Source: Antedon mediterranea (taxonomy: Eukaryota > Animalia > Echinodermata). From it: a stretch of DNA of 64,000 nt. Positions 24,881 through 37,135 of this stretch are shown here, piece after piece. The first letter of the stretch is position 1; every line of letters begins with the position of its first letter. Where the stretch lies: positions 3,596,001 through 3,660,000 of the forward strand of contig NC_092671.1 of assembly GCF_964355755.1 (NCBI RefSeq), given 5' to 3'. The notes beneath the pieces were generated by a model, which worked only from the letters and a program-made list of their open reading frames with translations, made no database searches and had not been told where the DNA came from. Position numbers and translations under genes: made by a program.

Positions 24881-24988
24881 GATGGAGACACGTGGTTACA
24901 AAGTCCGTGTGAAGAATGTAAGTGTACTGATGAGGGCGTCGTTTGCACTGTTAAGCAATGCCAACAGAGATACAAGAATTGTCCTAGG
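24881..24988 (+). CDS. BMPER: BMPER exon 8 in window (VWC5)
   Basis: tttttcag acceptor, AGG|gtaaga donor; DGDTWLQSPCEECKCTDEGVVCTVKQCQQRYKNCPR; 108 nt, phase 0 to 0. Confidence 0.92.
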
Positions 24989-25837
24989 GTAAGACTTTAA
25001 TTGTATATTAGAAAGTTATGGTAATACAATACCTATTTAAGGGAAACCCTTATTCAGGATACACACGAGGAAAATAGATTTTTTAACAAGTCCAGCCAAT
25101 ATCTGTTGAAGGGGAAACTTTATTGAATCTCGAAGATATTATCTCATTAGTTCAACTGTAGGCATACATTGATAATGTTACAACAGAGAAGAGTGATAAC
25201 ATTTAGGCCAATTTCAACAAAGCGACATCATACCTTGTGCGTTCAATTAACGATGCGGTGTGATCGATACGCACGCGTCGCCTTTTTGTATTTTGGGTGT
25301 TCAAATTGGCAAATTACTTTTAAGTGGAATGAACTTTAGGCTCGTAATTCTGGTTAAATAATAATGTTGACGCAGCGTATCCTGAATAGGAAATTTGGCA
25401 AATAACTAAAGCCGCAACATTTTGGGAGAATTTCCCTTTACTTTTTTTTTAGTTTTTTATTTCCGTATACCGTACATTTACAACCTTTCGTTTTTACGCG
25501 GAACATGAACTACGCTGCTGTCAAAAAAATTGTTTTGCACATGCTCCGAAACGTATGCGCATGCGTAGAATGATGTTGGTTGTATTTGTGGATCAGGGAG
25601 GTTTTTGGGCACCCATTTAAGAGTTTGTGGCTAGTTTGATGCTTCTGTCACATCCAACATTGAATCTACTAAAGTTACTCTGTTAATCCATGACCTGCAG
25701 ATTTACCATTTTACATAGGGCCAACAACTCATGTACAATTTAAAGTCCATAAAAAACATAATTGTCAGTCAACATAAGTATGATTATAATAACTTACACA
25801 TTTGTGAATCAGCTGTTATACAGAAGTTATATGTTGT

Positions 25838-26045
25838 GGAGTTGTGACTTGGTGGTTATGATGCTTGGCTGGGATCAAGCCCCGTTACATGTCAGGATTT
25901 TTCTAAGGACAAAATTACAACTCTTAAAGACTTGTAATAAGACTTTATTTATGTAGAGCATCTTGTGTATATGTTTGTCTTGTGAACCACTGAGATCCCT
26001 AATGATCAGCAACTGCTGGATGGATCACCCTCATTAAATATGGTG
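25838..26045 (+). mobile_element. Degenerate tRNA-headed SINE
   Basis: A-box-like TGACTTGGTGG, B-box-like GGGATCAAGCCC, LINE-like 3' end before A/TA run. Confidence 0.35.
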
Positions 26046-26526
26046 AAGTGAAAAAAAAAATATATATATATATATATATAATTACAACACGACGGATGCT
26101 TGATTTACTATCAATATTATATATATGTGGGATTCTCTTTACAGAAGCTACGCATTGTTAACTTCGTTACTGTCACGTTTAACAAACAATTAGCCATCTA
26201 TGTCATATTAATTCGAATGATAGCTAATTAAATTGAGACATTTGTCTCTGAAGAAGGGCCTGTTAGACAATTTCCTGACGTGCAGTCGGTCCAATAGACA
26301 TTCGGTCAGGGTTACTGAATAACATGTAGGCCTAATGATATCGTGTTTTGCTTCTGCCGATGGATTATATCCTTATTATCTTGGCCGACATTTTATTCCG
26401 AATGTATTGTATCCGGTGGTTAGTGTAATTTCTCAGTCATTACCCGTAAGCGCAAATTTCTTTTATAGATTTTATTAGGTAGCAAGAAAAATTACTGTGA
26501 TTACTTATTTCGGGACATACCCGAAC

Positions 26527-26707
26527 TTATATGACTAGATTCCTCCATAAATTCCTATCTACCATTGTGACAGCCAATTCATCTCTCTGCATACCAGTAT
26601 CCATCTCTAGTACATCAATGTATGTGAGTGCTGGTCTTCCTTGTTTTGCAAGCCCATGTTTTGGCTGCCACATCAGAACACCTGCAATGATTTCTTCTTT
26701 ACTGTGA
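26527..26707 (-). mobile_element. RTE-clade LINE C-terminal fragment
   Basis: VLMWQPKHGLAKQGRPALTYIDVLEMDTG...MVDRNLWRNLV matches the RTE C-terminal W.P..G....GRP...Y.D and DR..WR pattern. Confidence 0.75.
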
Positions 26708-28586
26708 TAACCGGTATCAAATGAATGGCATTTTACGTTCTGTATAAGACCAATCTCTTTGAGAAATTCAAACAGAGACCTCAACTAACACTATGTGTTC
26801 TAGGGGTCACTATTTTCATGAAATCTAGAATGTTGTTGTGTAGAGATGCTTCACTAAAGAACCATTAAACTTTATTTTGGAAACGTTCATGAACGCGAAA
26901 TGGGACGACAAGAAATGACATGACACACCACTTTCGATCAAAACTAAGTGTCAATGAATAAATAATAATAATAGTTTATCAAATATTCAAATGTTAGTTA
27001 TTCGAGGAGGTGATTATTTTGGTAGGTACAGTGAGATAATTTAACTAGTAACATCTATAATATAATTGTACTAGGCCATAATTTTGTTTCTCTCTCCCCT
27101 GTCCGATGCTAGCGCCTTTAGAGCTGGGCAACCCCTGTATACATTAAGCAAAAATACTCTATCGTTTTGCTTCCCAAACCTCAAAATCATTATAAGATGG
27201 TACTCGTCCATTTTGGACGGACAACGGCTAGTATATAAATATAGAATTAAAGTCGTTCTCCTTTCCTTCCTCTGATTTTAAAAACACAGCACCTAACTTG
27301 GGGTCAATAATGACATGACATAAAGGAAGATAATGTTTTTGACAATGTCAAGACATCGTATGGTATCGGTGAGCATCATTCCGTTTTGTTACGGTTCATA
27401 GACATTTTGACTTTCATGCTAGAAAAATGACTTATAGATCTTTTTAACATCAGCAATATTTTTCTACAACAGCTGCGTTAAAAAATCTTGGCTACTCACT
27501 TCATCGGCCCGAGGTACTCTCACCCTGTCACCCTCAACCTATATTTAGCAACATGTGTAGGCCTACGAAATATGAAAATTCACCGTATTAGTAGGCCTAA
27601 CATTGATGAAAAGAAGAAAAAGATCATAGAAATAATCGTATAGTAAAATGTCGACGTTTTTTTAGGGGAAATATAATATATACATTCATAAACTCTTGTC
27701 TGTGTTTGTATTAGCTACAGGCAGTAAGCCACACACCGGTATGTTGTTGACCCGCTTCATGTTTGGAATAGTAGGCCTAGAACAAATTGGTAACATCGTG
27801 GACACACACGTTGAGACGCGCGCTTCTAACAATGTTAATATCTAGGCCTATGCTGCTGCCTGCTGCATTAAAAAATAACAGTATCTTCTTCGCGATGTAA
27901 CTGAAGACATAGAAATAATAAGAAGGCGATAATGACGTTTACTAAAACAATAAGAATATTATAAAGCCTAGGGATCTTTTACCGATGTTTATGTCGAGTT
28001 TCAAAGATTAGATACACAACACAAGTATTCGTATTAATGTCCCACCAAAAGTATGTCGAGACTAAAAAAAGGCCTACTATCGTTTTAGATTTAAGCATGG
28101 TTTTCAAGCAATCTAACAACAGGATGCTGAGCTCCGGAGATCAAATGGTTTATCAGTTCTATGCGCCGCAGAGAATATTTGCATAGGAAATGTATCATTT
28201 TGTTATTTTACGACAAGTAGCTGGTTTACCCTTAAACCAATGGTTACATGATAATCCTGCTTTATGGCCTATTCAAACGGAATGATGGAGGGGGAATTGC
28301 AGGGTCAGAAAGAGGTGAAAAGAGGGGTCAAGCGATGGAGAAAGTGCAATGGAAATGGAGAGTAAATAATATAGTATTGTTATTAAGGCGTGTCCCCTTT
28401 TTACGGATACACGGCAAATTAACAGTCCTCTGACTAAGTACCAGTTTTACGCGCGTCAGCAAAAACAGTGTAACTTTGTTTTCACATGAACATATTCAAT
28501 CATCATTATCATTTCCCACTTTGCTTTACCATTTTGATCAGATACAGTATTAATAATACCTAAAAATGTTTATAGTGTTATATAGT

Positions 28587-28901
28587 GAGTGAGTGGCCGA
28601 GCGGAAGACAGTGGAACCGTAATTACGTAGCCATAACATCGGCAGGGTTCGACGCTCACTCACTCTATGGTTCTGGTGGTAGAACGAGTCTTCTCGGATA
28701 AGGACTATAAACCGTATAGTAGGTCCAGTGTACACATCTAGCTCGTGTGCACTTTAAAGAACCTAGTACATCTTTCGAGACGAGTAGGGGGTTACCCCGG
28801 TGTATTAGTACATCACAGCCACTGATCACCAACTGGGCCCTCTGGGAGACCAGTCTTTGACTGAAGAGGTTTCCCAGTATAAATATATATTTCAATTTCA
28901 A
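28587..28901 (+). mobile_element. Full-length tRNA-derived SINE with Deu/Nin-like central domain
   Basis: A box TGGCCGAGCGG, B box GGTTCGACGC, GAGTGAG/CTCACTC acceptor-like pairing; body CGGATAAGGACTATAAACCG..GGTCC..TTTAAAGAACC..GAGTAGGGGGTTACCCCGGTGT; 3' stem CTGGGAGACC/GGTTTCCCAG; (TTTCAA)n tail. Confidence 0.85.
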
Positions 28902-28965
28902 TAGTATTTTGTGCGTTTCATAGTATAACGAAAAGTAGACTAATGTGATTCGTCGAGGTGGCTAG

Positions 28966-29140
28966 CAGGGAACATTTTCGCCAGTGTAGCGTAGCAAAAA
29001 GCTATACAAAACAACCTTATTGCTACACATTTTGAAAATTGTGTAGCAAAAAATACAATACAAAACTATGTTTCTCGACTTAAAAATCAGTTTGATTAGC
29101 AATATTGCTAAACAAAATTTTTAAATGAAAATTTTCCCTG
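28966..29140. mobile_element. hAT-like MITE, 175 bp
   Basis: TIR CAGGGAACATTTTC ... GAAAATTTTCCCTG (1 mismatch); GGCTAG on both flanks; internal TGTAGC/GCTACA motifs. Confidence 0.75.
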
Positions 29141-30009
29141 GGCTAGATTGCATTACACTCATTAAGTTCTAAGTGAATCTTGAGCCTTTTTATTTTTACA
29201 ATATGCCTAGAGTTTTATATTTCAAGATATGTATCATGGTTTGACATAAGTACATAATATTGTTGACATTTTGACCTTCAAGGCCGATTGTTACGACTGT
29301 TTTGGTTCGTTCATTTTTTACTATAAACTTCTCGAGAGAATAACTATTTGTTCCCGTCGAGGGATTTGGTGGGTGTGTGCGTAACGAGGCGGAAATAGCC
29401 TAGCCTTGACTGACCACACTACATTGAAGGGCAGATAACTGTCTTTCATTTAACGTTACGTTCGACCGACTTTCGTACCCAGGTTTCTAAAAGTTTACAA
29501 CACTTGTCTAAAGTGCAGAATGTGTAGTTGAATTTTGAACTTTGAAGTTGTTATTTTGTGGTTTAATACCAAATTCGTTTATACCATATAAATAAAGCGA
29601 TCAGCATGCTAAAATCAACGAAACATTTAAAACAAAATAAGAAAAAAATGTTAAGTTTTGAAATTGTTTACTTTTTAATATATTTAAATAAATTACAATA
29701 CGATAATATATAAACAAAAGTAGTTTAGGCCTAGGTTGTTTTAACTGCCCTCCATCGCGACCAAAATACAATCGCCTGCAGTTGAATTTCATTCAAGATG
29801 GGAGCTTCCGATTAATTAACGTTTACTTTACGTGTGTATGTATTGTATTCGTTGAATGGAGATTTTTTTTTCGTTGAAAGCCTGTCCTATTCGATCATGC
29901 TTCTCGTCGTTGTTGAATAGAACAAGTCAATTGTTCAACAAAATGATTTCCCTTCAACTCATAGACCTCTACATTCTTTTAAAATAATTACTGCTTTTGG
30001 ATTTTTCAG

Positions 30010-30061
30010 AATCATGAATTTAAAACTCCGCTCGGAGAATGTTGTCCAAGGTGTATAGAAA
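30010..30061 (+). CDS. BMPER: BMPER exon 9 in window (end of VWC5)
   Basis: tttttcag acceptor, A|gtaagt donor; NHEFKTPLGECCPRCIE supplies the CCxxC motif; 52 nt, phase 0 to 1. Confidence 0.9.
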
Positions 30062-30539
30062 GTAAGTAATACAGAATTATATTATAATTGATATAAAATT
30101 ATATAATTATATAATACAAATATAGTACCTCGTATAACAACACACTTATTAGATCACATTATTCATTTACTTATCAGTGGAAAACTACATCCATTTATTG
30201 TCACTCATTTACATGTAAACTATTCATAGAAATTATGTTTGCCCCGAGATATACAAAAACAGACACATAAAAAATACAATTACAAAGTCATCACTCTCGT
30301 ACGGTATACTGACAAGCATTCAGTGCCTTTTATATAAAGGCCCGTTCATGCTTAGTTGTCACATTTAGGTCGGTATGAACCAACTTACATAATTAAACCT
30401 GAACTTTACAATTATCTTAATACAGTAATCATATTGCGAATGACATGTACCTTGCATGACCTTGACTGACACGACTTATCATGGTCATGTAGTTACCAAA
30501 TGGTATATCATGACTAAAATTGTCATGTTAACCTAATAA

Positions 30540-30875
30540 CAGGAAATTAAGGATAGTGCCATCAAACATTAATACATAGACGATAATTAGATTATGCATA
30601 TATTATAATGAATTAAATAATTTATTATAATTTCCTAGGTAAATATATTTATAATAAATACTTTACTAAATAAACATTATTCGAAATTGGTATTTGTTTT
30701 GGGGGTTTAGATAATCAGGAAATTAAGGATAGTGCCATCAAACATTAATACATAGACGATAATTAAATTATGCATATATTATAATAAATTAAATAATTTA
30801 TTATAATTTCCTAGGTAAATTATACTTTCCTAAATAAACATTATTCGAATATGGTCTTCGATTTGAGGATTTAGA
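30540..30875. repeat. About 176-bp tandem duplication
   Basis: CAGGAAATTAAGGATAGTGCCATCAAACATTAATACATAGACG at 30540 and 30716. Confidence 0.9.
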
Positions 30876-31513
30876 AAATCGAGTTGGTTGTTAACTTTAC
30901 ACATCTCAGCATACAGTACTATTATTCCATATTTTAAAAATAATAATATAATAAAATAGGAGTACGGAAATATTGTACTATGGTGACGTCACTCAAGGAC
31001 GTAACATACACTCCTGCATTATGTTATAGAGCCCCTGATAACAGTGACGTATTATTTCCTCAACTTTCAATGACAAATTTGTTTTAATTTTACAAAGTTC
31101 AATTTTGTAAGCTTTTACTCTAACATAGCGTGTATATTATTACTATCACCAAGGCCAGTAGCAAATAAATAAGTACCCATTTAATTTTATATCATCCTTT
31201 CATGATAAATGATAAACGATTTCTGGAAACTAGGTAGACTTAATATGTCGCCGTCATGGTAGAATGTTGCTAATTAATTTAGTTTCATTTCTGGAGATAT
31301 TATTGGTCAGAAGTAGAGCATGTTATAGGGAGCAATTCAACATTAACCAAAATGCTATTAAAATATATACTGTAGGTACACTCGTCAACATCTCAATCTA
31401 TTATTCTTTTGGGGTCATTCATGCGTATATATAATTTCAATATTAATTTATCGAAATTGCAACATTTTTAAAACTGTTTTTCTGAGTAACCTACTTAACA
31501 GAACAATTTTATA

Positions 31514-31798
31514 TGGCAAGCCAAGTTCGCCAAAACAATTCAACAGGAAGGCTAAGCTGCATTCATCGTCGAGCCATTCAACGTCAACATAATTGTCAAT
31601 ACATTGTCAATCCAAAAACATTAATTGTCAAATCAAATATTCATTCAATCGTTGTCAAGTCATTGTATTTTCAACGCATTTTATTGTCAAGCGGACGAAT
31701 TTTATTGCCAAGCGGACCCATTTAACGTTCTAACGAACCGCTTGGATTGACGATGGATGAATTGTTGAATAGATTATTTTGACGGACTTGGCTTGCCA
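31514..31798. mobile_element. TA-flanked MITE, 285 bp
   Basis: TIR TGGCAAGCCAAGTTCGCCAAAA ... TTTTGACGGACTTGGCTTGCCA (2 mismatches), TA on both sides, internal repeated TTGTCAA. Confidence 0.8.
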
Positions 31799-33320
31799 TA
31801 AACACATCTCTCAGTGTATCTCTCTATACAAACATTGTATTGAATATTATATAGGGCTATATATTTCAGGTTCAATAGCCCCCAGTATTAGGATTGTATG
31901 AGGTCGATTGGGTATATGACATGTTTGTCTACCATAGAGTAATTTTTGCTCTTCGATCTATATACAATGATACATGTTATTGACTGTGAACCTTCTTCAA
32001 CGGTTCATCATTTTGTTCATGAACAAAATGTTAATTGTCAAAATTATTTCCTCGTTGGACAACACCACAGACCTATACCAATTTATTCTAATACGATATA
32101 GATTACTTCATTTCATGTATTGTATATATTGTTTTTTCATGTGTTTGTTGACAATGATGTTGACCAATGAAGGAATGTTCCGATACTTTACATTTTAAAA
32201 TTAGTATCACGTACATAGTGCTATAAAATAGTGTAAACCAATCTAGTTTTTTTAATTAAAATGTATAATATGAGACCCATCTTATTTCCCAAGAATTGTT
32301 GAAAAATGCTTCCAAAAGGCCGACTACATTGATACCCTATGGCTAAAATGTTAAGTTACTATTTTAATTCCGGTACATTCAATACCCGCCATTTGTTAAC
32401 TATAAGCTACACCGAATTCATTAATCCATGGTTACACGTATACAATTTTAACATTTAATCTATGAAGATATAAGTAACCCCGACGCCTCCACAAATAAAT
32501 GACAAGTAGAAAAACAATTGACTGTAGAGTAGTCTGCTATTTCATTTCATTTCATTATTTATTTGGTCTATTTGAGTACGGTACGGTACATAACGAAAGT
32601 TAAAGGCCATTCGATATGATGTTTCTTAAATTTATATGAAATCATGTCTGTCTAAATTTAGACAGCACAGTTTTATAACCTCACATTTGTTTTTGAAAAA
32701 CACATTAAGGGCATTTGTAGTAACATGTCTGTCAAAATGTACATGATACACGACTTCCCAAAAGTAATAATTTAATAATTGTTAAAATATTATAAGCCAG
32801 GGAATACATAATGTTGAAACAAGTTCATGAAACGCTAGGCTATTGGTCTTGTTGTTCCAGCGATTGGTTACCACAAACTTGGCCGTAAAAACATGATTTG
32901 GACCGGTGCAGAAAACAGCTGTTACTTAAGAGTGATGAATGATTTTAGAACAGGGTGGATTATTGAGTTTCTTCCGCTGTGGTTTGAGGAATCCGTTTCC
33001 TGAGGACCAAATAAATGATGCTTAGAACGTTTGATTAAAATAATATGATAAAGTTGAGTGTCAAAGGACGGCTGTCATTGATGTGTAGCCAATTAATTTT
33101 ATATTCAAATTCAGGATATAAATGCACGAAGTAGTAGAAATTGGGCGTAAAATAATGATGAAGTTTATAGGAGCTTCTTGCCAAAACATTTTTTGTGAAC
33201 TCCACATTATTATTCGCATGTAGGCCAACTGAAAATGTTAAGCATGACGACGCGAACGAGTTCCGGTTCGTTGACCTTCCGTCTTTTGCAACCTACCATC
33301 ATTACCACTTCGTCCCTTCC

Positions 33321-33520
33321 GCCACCCGGCTCCCAGCCACCAGGCATCTAGCCACCAGGCATCTAGCCACCAGACATCTTTCCCCCAGCTACCAGGCATC
33401 TTTCCCCCAGCCACCAGGCATCTTTCCCCCAGCCACCAGGCATCTTTCCCCCAGCCACCAGGCATCTTTCCCCCAGCCACCAGGCCTCTTTCCCCCGACC
33501 TCTTTTCCCCGACCTTTTTC
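33321..33520. repeat. GC-rich minisatellite (15-mer x2 then 22-mer x6)
   Basis: AGCCACCAGGCATCT at 33335 and 33350, then AGCCACCAGGCATCTTTCCCCC at 33365, 33387, 33409, 33431, 33453, 33475. Confidence 0.95.
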
Positions 33521-36399
33521 AACTCGGTATGCGATCCCCTCCCTCTTACTTAGATACGTCCCCTCACACAACCCAAGCTCACCATATTTATACTACCGAA
33601 CACTTACGTAATAATATATTCTGTGAACCTTTTATTGAACTTCGTACAAACTTCGTGCCCATGTTTACTTTTATATTAATGGCAATATTTAAGTCTATCA
33701 TGTTGTTTACTTGACCAGGCAGCCTTACATGTTTGTGTACACCGTGTTAACTGTTTTTGCTATTGAGTTTGAAATGAAATTATCGATGAAATCATTAATG
33801 ATTTACTTTTTACTATCATATCTCTAATGACACATATTCATAAAAATTATTTACAGTACCCACGCAGCGTGGATGAAGAAAGAGAATCGTACTGATAAGT
33901 GCCATTACCCCATTCTAAACCGTCGACATTGTGGTTGGTATCCCATAAACCACAACATAAATATTTCAAAACTGTCATCACAATTTTTTGGTGTATAAAT
34001 TCACACGTCGAACAGTGATATCTTCGATAAGTAAACACTCCTACAAACGCTAACCTTTTATGTAAATTCTTTAACAGGATTTAAGAGATCTACTTGTTGT
34101 TATGTTGCGTTCTATAAACCTGTATTGGATCGTAGAGGTGTGGCGACACAAAAGAAAAACAAAACAATTAAACAATAAACGAGATATACCAGTTGAGATA
34201 TTGTTTGATTAAATAGTTCAAGATCTTAAGCCATTTCTGTAATTGTTAAATTTAACAATGTATTTTGATAGCTGATATGGGTGCAGTTACAATACATAGT
34301 AAAGCTTATTTTCGACTAAGCAAATTCATTCGCACGTATCAAAAACGTCAATCCACTTTCGTATTCCCACCCACCGATTTTCTGTACTGTATCACCACTT
34401 ATGGTATATTATGTCCAGTATTATAAGCAAATTCTGTAATACAGTGTCACATGTATCACATGAGGTACTTATATGGTGTTAAGTTTAAGGATATTGCCTA
34501 TGGTATAAGCGTCACAAAACGACACATTAATTTGATTATAATAGACCCTACTGTACAAATTATGTAAATACATGAGTACTGAGAATCGGCTACGTACACA
34601 GTATATCCATTAGTTTTTGCGATGCAAAAAAAAAAGAATCGCAACCAATCAGTAACCAACATGTTACATGAAAAAAGAGTAGGCCTACAGAATATTGACA
34701 GCAGCGGCACTCACGATTATCGTGCGTTATGTGGTTAAACATGGCCTTGGGTTGACGTCAAGTTTTAGCGTAACACTTAATCATAGGAAAACTTGGCGAA
34801 TTAATCGTGTACATATTTTAACGAATAAACGATTTAATTACATAAGTTCCGTATTGTGATGAAATAAAAGTAATAATTGGAGTCATCGTTCTGATTAATC
34901 AATAAATTATTTTTAGTACTGTATGTTTAGGGAACTATATTAAGACAAATGGTTGGGTAGCTTACTTATTAACTGTAGCTTAACTGAGTCCTGTGAGATA
35001 CAATAAAAATACAACATTTCATGAAATACATATCTTTTCGTTCTCATAACAATAATTTTTGTATTATTGATGACTATGGTGATAACCGATTGATGGCAAT
35101 GCATATGGAATGCACTTTTACAGTAGTCCGTCAGAATCTCTTTAATTATACATTCTTTACAGTCTGCCATTGCTGACAACCTTTGTGTCTTTCTCCATCA
35201 AAAACATGCTTGAGGCTTGAACTTAAGTTTGATAGATGGATTTCTTTTTAATTTTATGAGTATTCTCATCACTTGTCGCATATTTTGCACAACAAATGTT
35301 GTCCTTTGGGAGAAGACCAAGTTTTTTGTTGTATTTATGTTTTTTGCAACCATATTGATACTATCATCTCTTTAGGCCTCAGAATCGTAATGTCATGCCA
35401 ACCTTATGTGGAATTTGATAACATTAATAAATGTTTTATAATGGACATGCATTTTTAAACGATGTTATGCATGTTATCTTTCTGCATTTCTACAGTTTGC
35501 CAATGTGATGTATCTTAATATGATCTACCCTATGACATAAAGTATGTTACTACCTACATAACACATTAAAGTAAATTAAACATTTAAAAGAAATCACACA
35601 CCAAAACAATCAGTTAAACGCTCAGAAACTGAGCGAAATACTTCAATTATAATGATACCGAAACTGACATAGGGCGTGTTATTTCATATTTCTGCCCATA
35701 GAAGATAAATTGCAAGGGTTAACTTTTGGACGTTATCGCCTAAACAAACATAACATACAAGTAATATACTTTTGGCAAAATGTTTTAAAATCATTTTATA
35801 AAGTAATAATTGATAATGACAGTTTATTTTATTACTTGTTAATACCTTATTGATATAATGTTTTCAAAGAGCAAACAGAACAGTAAGGCTCACTTGACTC
35901 GCTATTGATTGGGCCACATTTCCTTTGATTAATCATAAACCCATTCTAACGTTTACTGGTGCCCATTAAAAAAAGAACATCATCGGGTTCATATGGCGTC
36001 TCATACTTTATGATGATCAGTTTTGACAGTTTGTTTGTTGTGACATAGATTGGTTCATACATTAATCTTTTAGATATGATCTATATTTTTTTGTGTCAGG
36101 CAAAGGAAAGAGACATTTCAAAAATATGTATATATTTGTAATTAAAAAGATATAGTAGAGTACCCCAAAGGGTTTGCAAACAATGGTTATCTTATATAGG
36201 TGCCAAAGGGTTGGCAGTACTGTAGCGTTAAAACATTAGTGTTCGTTTCTTAGGAAAGTTTCTCCTTAATAGGGTTGGCCCTCCTTAGTAGACGAGTCCT
36301 AAAGAGGGGTTTGTCTTACTATAAAGAAAATGTTTTAATAAAGCTCCATATTAACCCAAAAAAAACAACAACAAAAAACAGTATAGTCTACTCATTCTC

Positions 36400-36760
36400 C
36401 GAATTGTATACTTACAAATACACTTCCTTATTTTCGTATAGTTTATTGTTAAATTGACAATAATATTTTATTATTTCCACTGTATTGTCACGTTATATCA
36501 TAATTATAAATAATGTATAACCACGGTGGAAGGTAATTGGTGTAAAGCTCTGTCTACACTGTCAAACTAGTTTGAAAAACAAAGAGTGATGTGCCTATAA
36601 GAACCATGAGTATAGCGTAAATATTCTAAGAATTGTATGTACTTATACTATAATACTTCCGTATTTTCGTATAGTTTCTTGTTAAGTTGACAATAATGTT
36701 TTATTATTGTTAGAATTTCCACTGTATTGTCACGTTATCGCATAATTATAATTAATGTAT
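36400..36760. repeat. About 120-bp direct repeat pair flanking a MITE fragment
   Basis: GAATTGTAT..ACTTCC.TATTTTCGTATAGTTT..TTTCCACTGTATTGTCACGTTAT at about 36401 and 36630; family A terminus at 36546 between them. Confidence 0.8.
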
Positions 36761-36856
36761 CGGAGAAGTTAATTTATGGTATAACACAGGATATTCTTGT
36801 AGACCACATCATTGTTTCCTTGTTTTAGGATGACATGCAAGAATATTGGAGTTTTT

Positions 36857-37135
36857 TGTTGATGAAAATGAGAAAGAATGTTGATGAAAATGAGAAAGAA
36901 TGTTGATGAAAATGCAGAATGACGAAAGAGATAATGTTGACGAAAATGTAGGCGATACGATATTGATAAAACGATGAAGAATGGTTCAATTCAACAAAAT
37001 GCCATACAAAAAATAATACAGAGCATAAAAATGATTATGGATGTTGAGGTGATGAATGTTTATGAAATTGATGACGAAAGAATAGGGTAAAGTGAAAATG
37101 TTGACGAAAATGTAGGCGATACGATATTGATAAAA
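36857..37135. repeat. 22-bp tandem repeat and 39-bp dispersed duplicate
   Basis: GTTGATGAAAATGAGAAAGAAT x2.5; AATGTTGACGAAAATGTAGGCGATACGATATTGATAAAA at about 36933 and 37097. Confidence 0.85.

Noticed and set aside
28587-28666. Functional tRNA gene
   Set aside because: A/B boxes present but no canonical anticodon arm or terminator; continues into SINE body
33195-33611. Pro-rich and Trp/Gly-rich ORFs
   Set aside because: Produced by the 22-bp minisatellite
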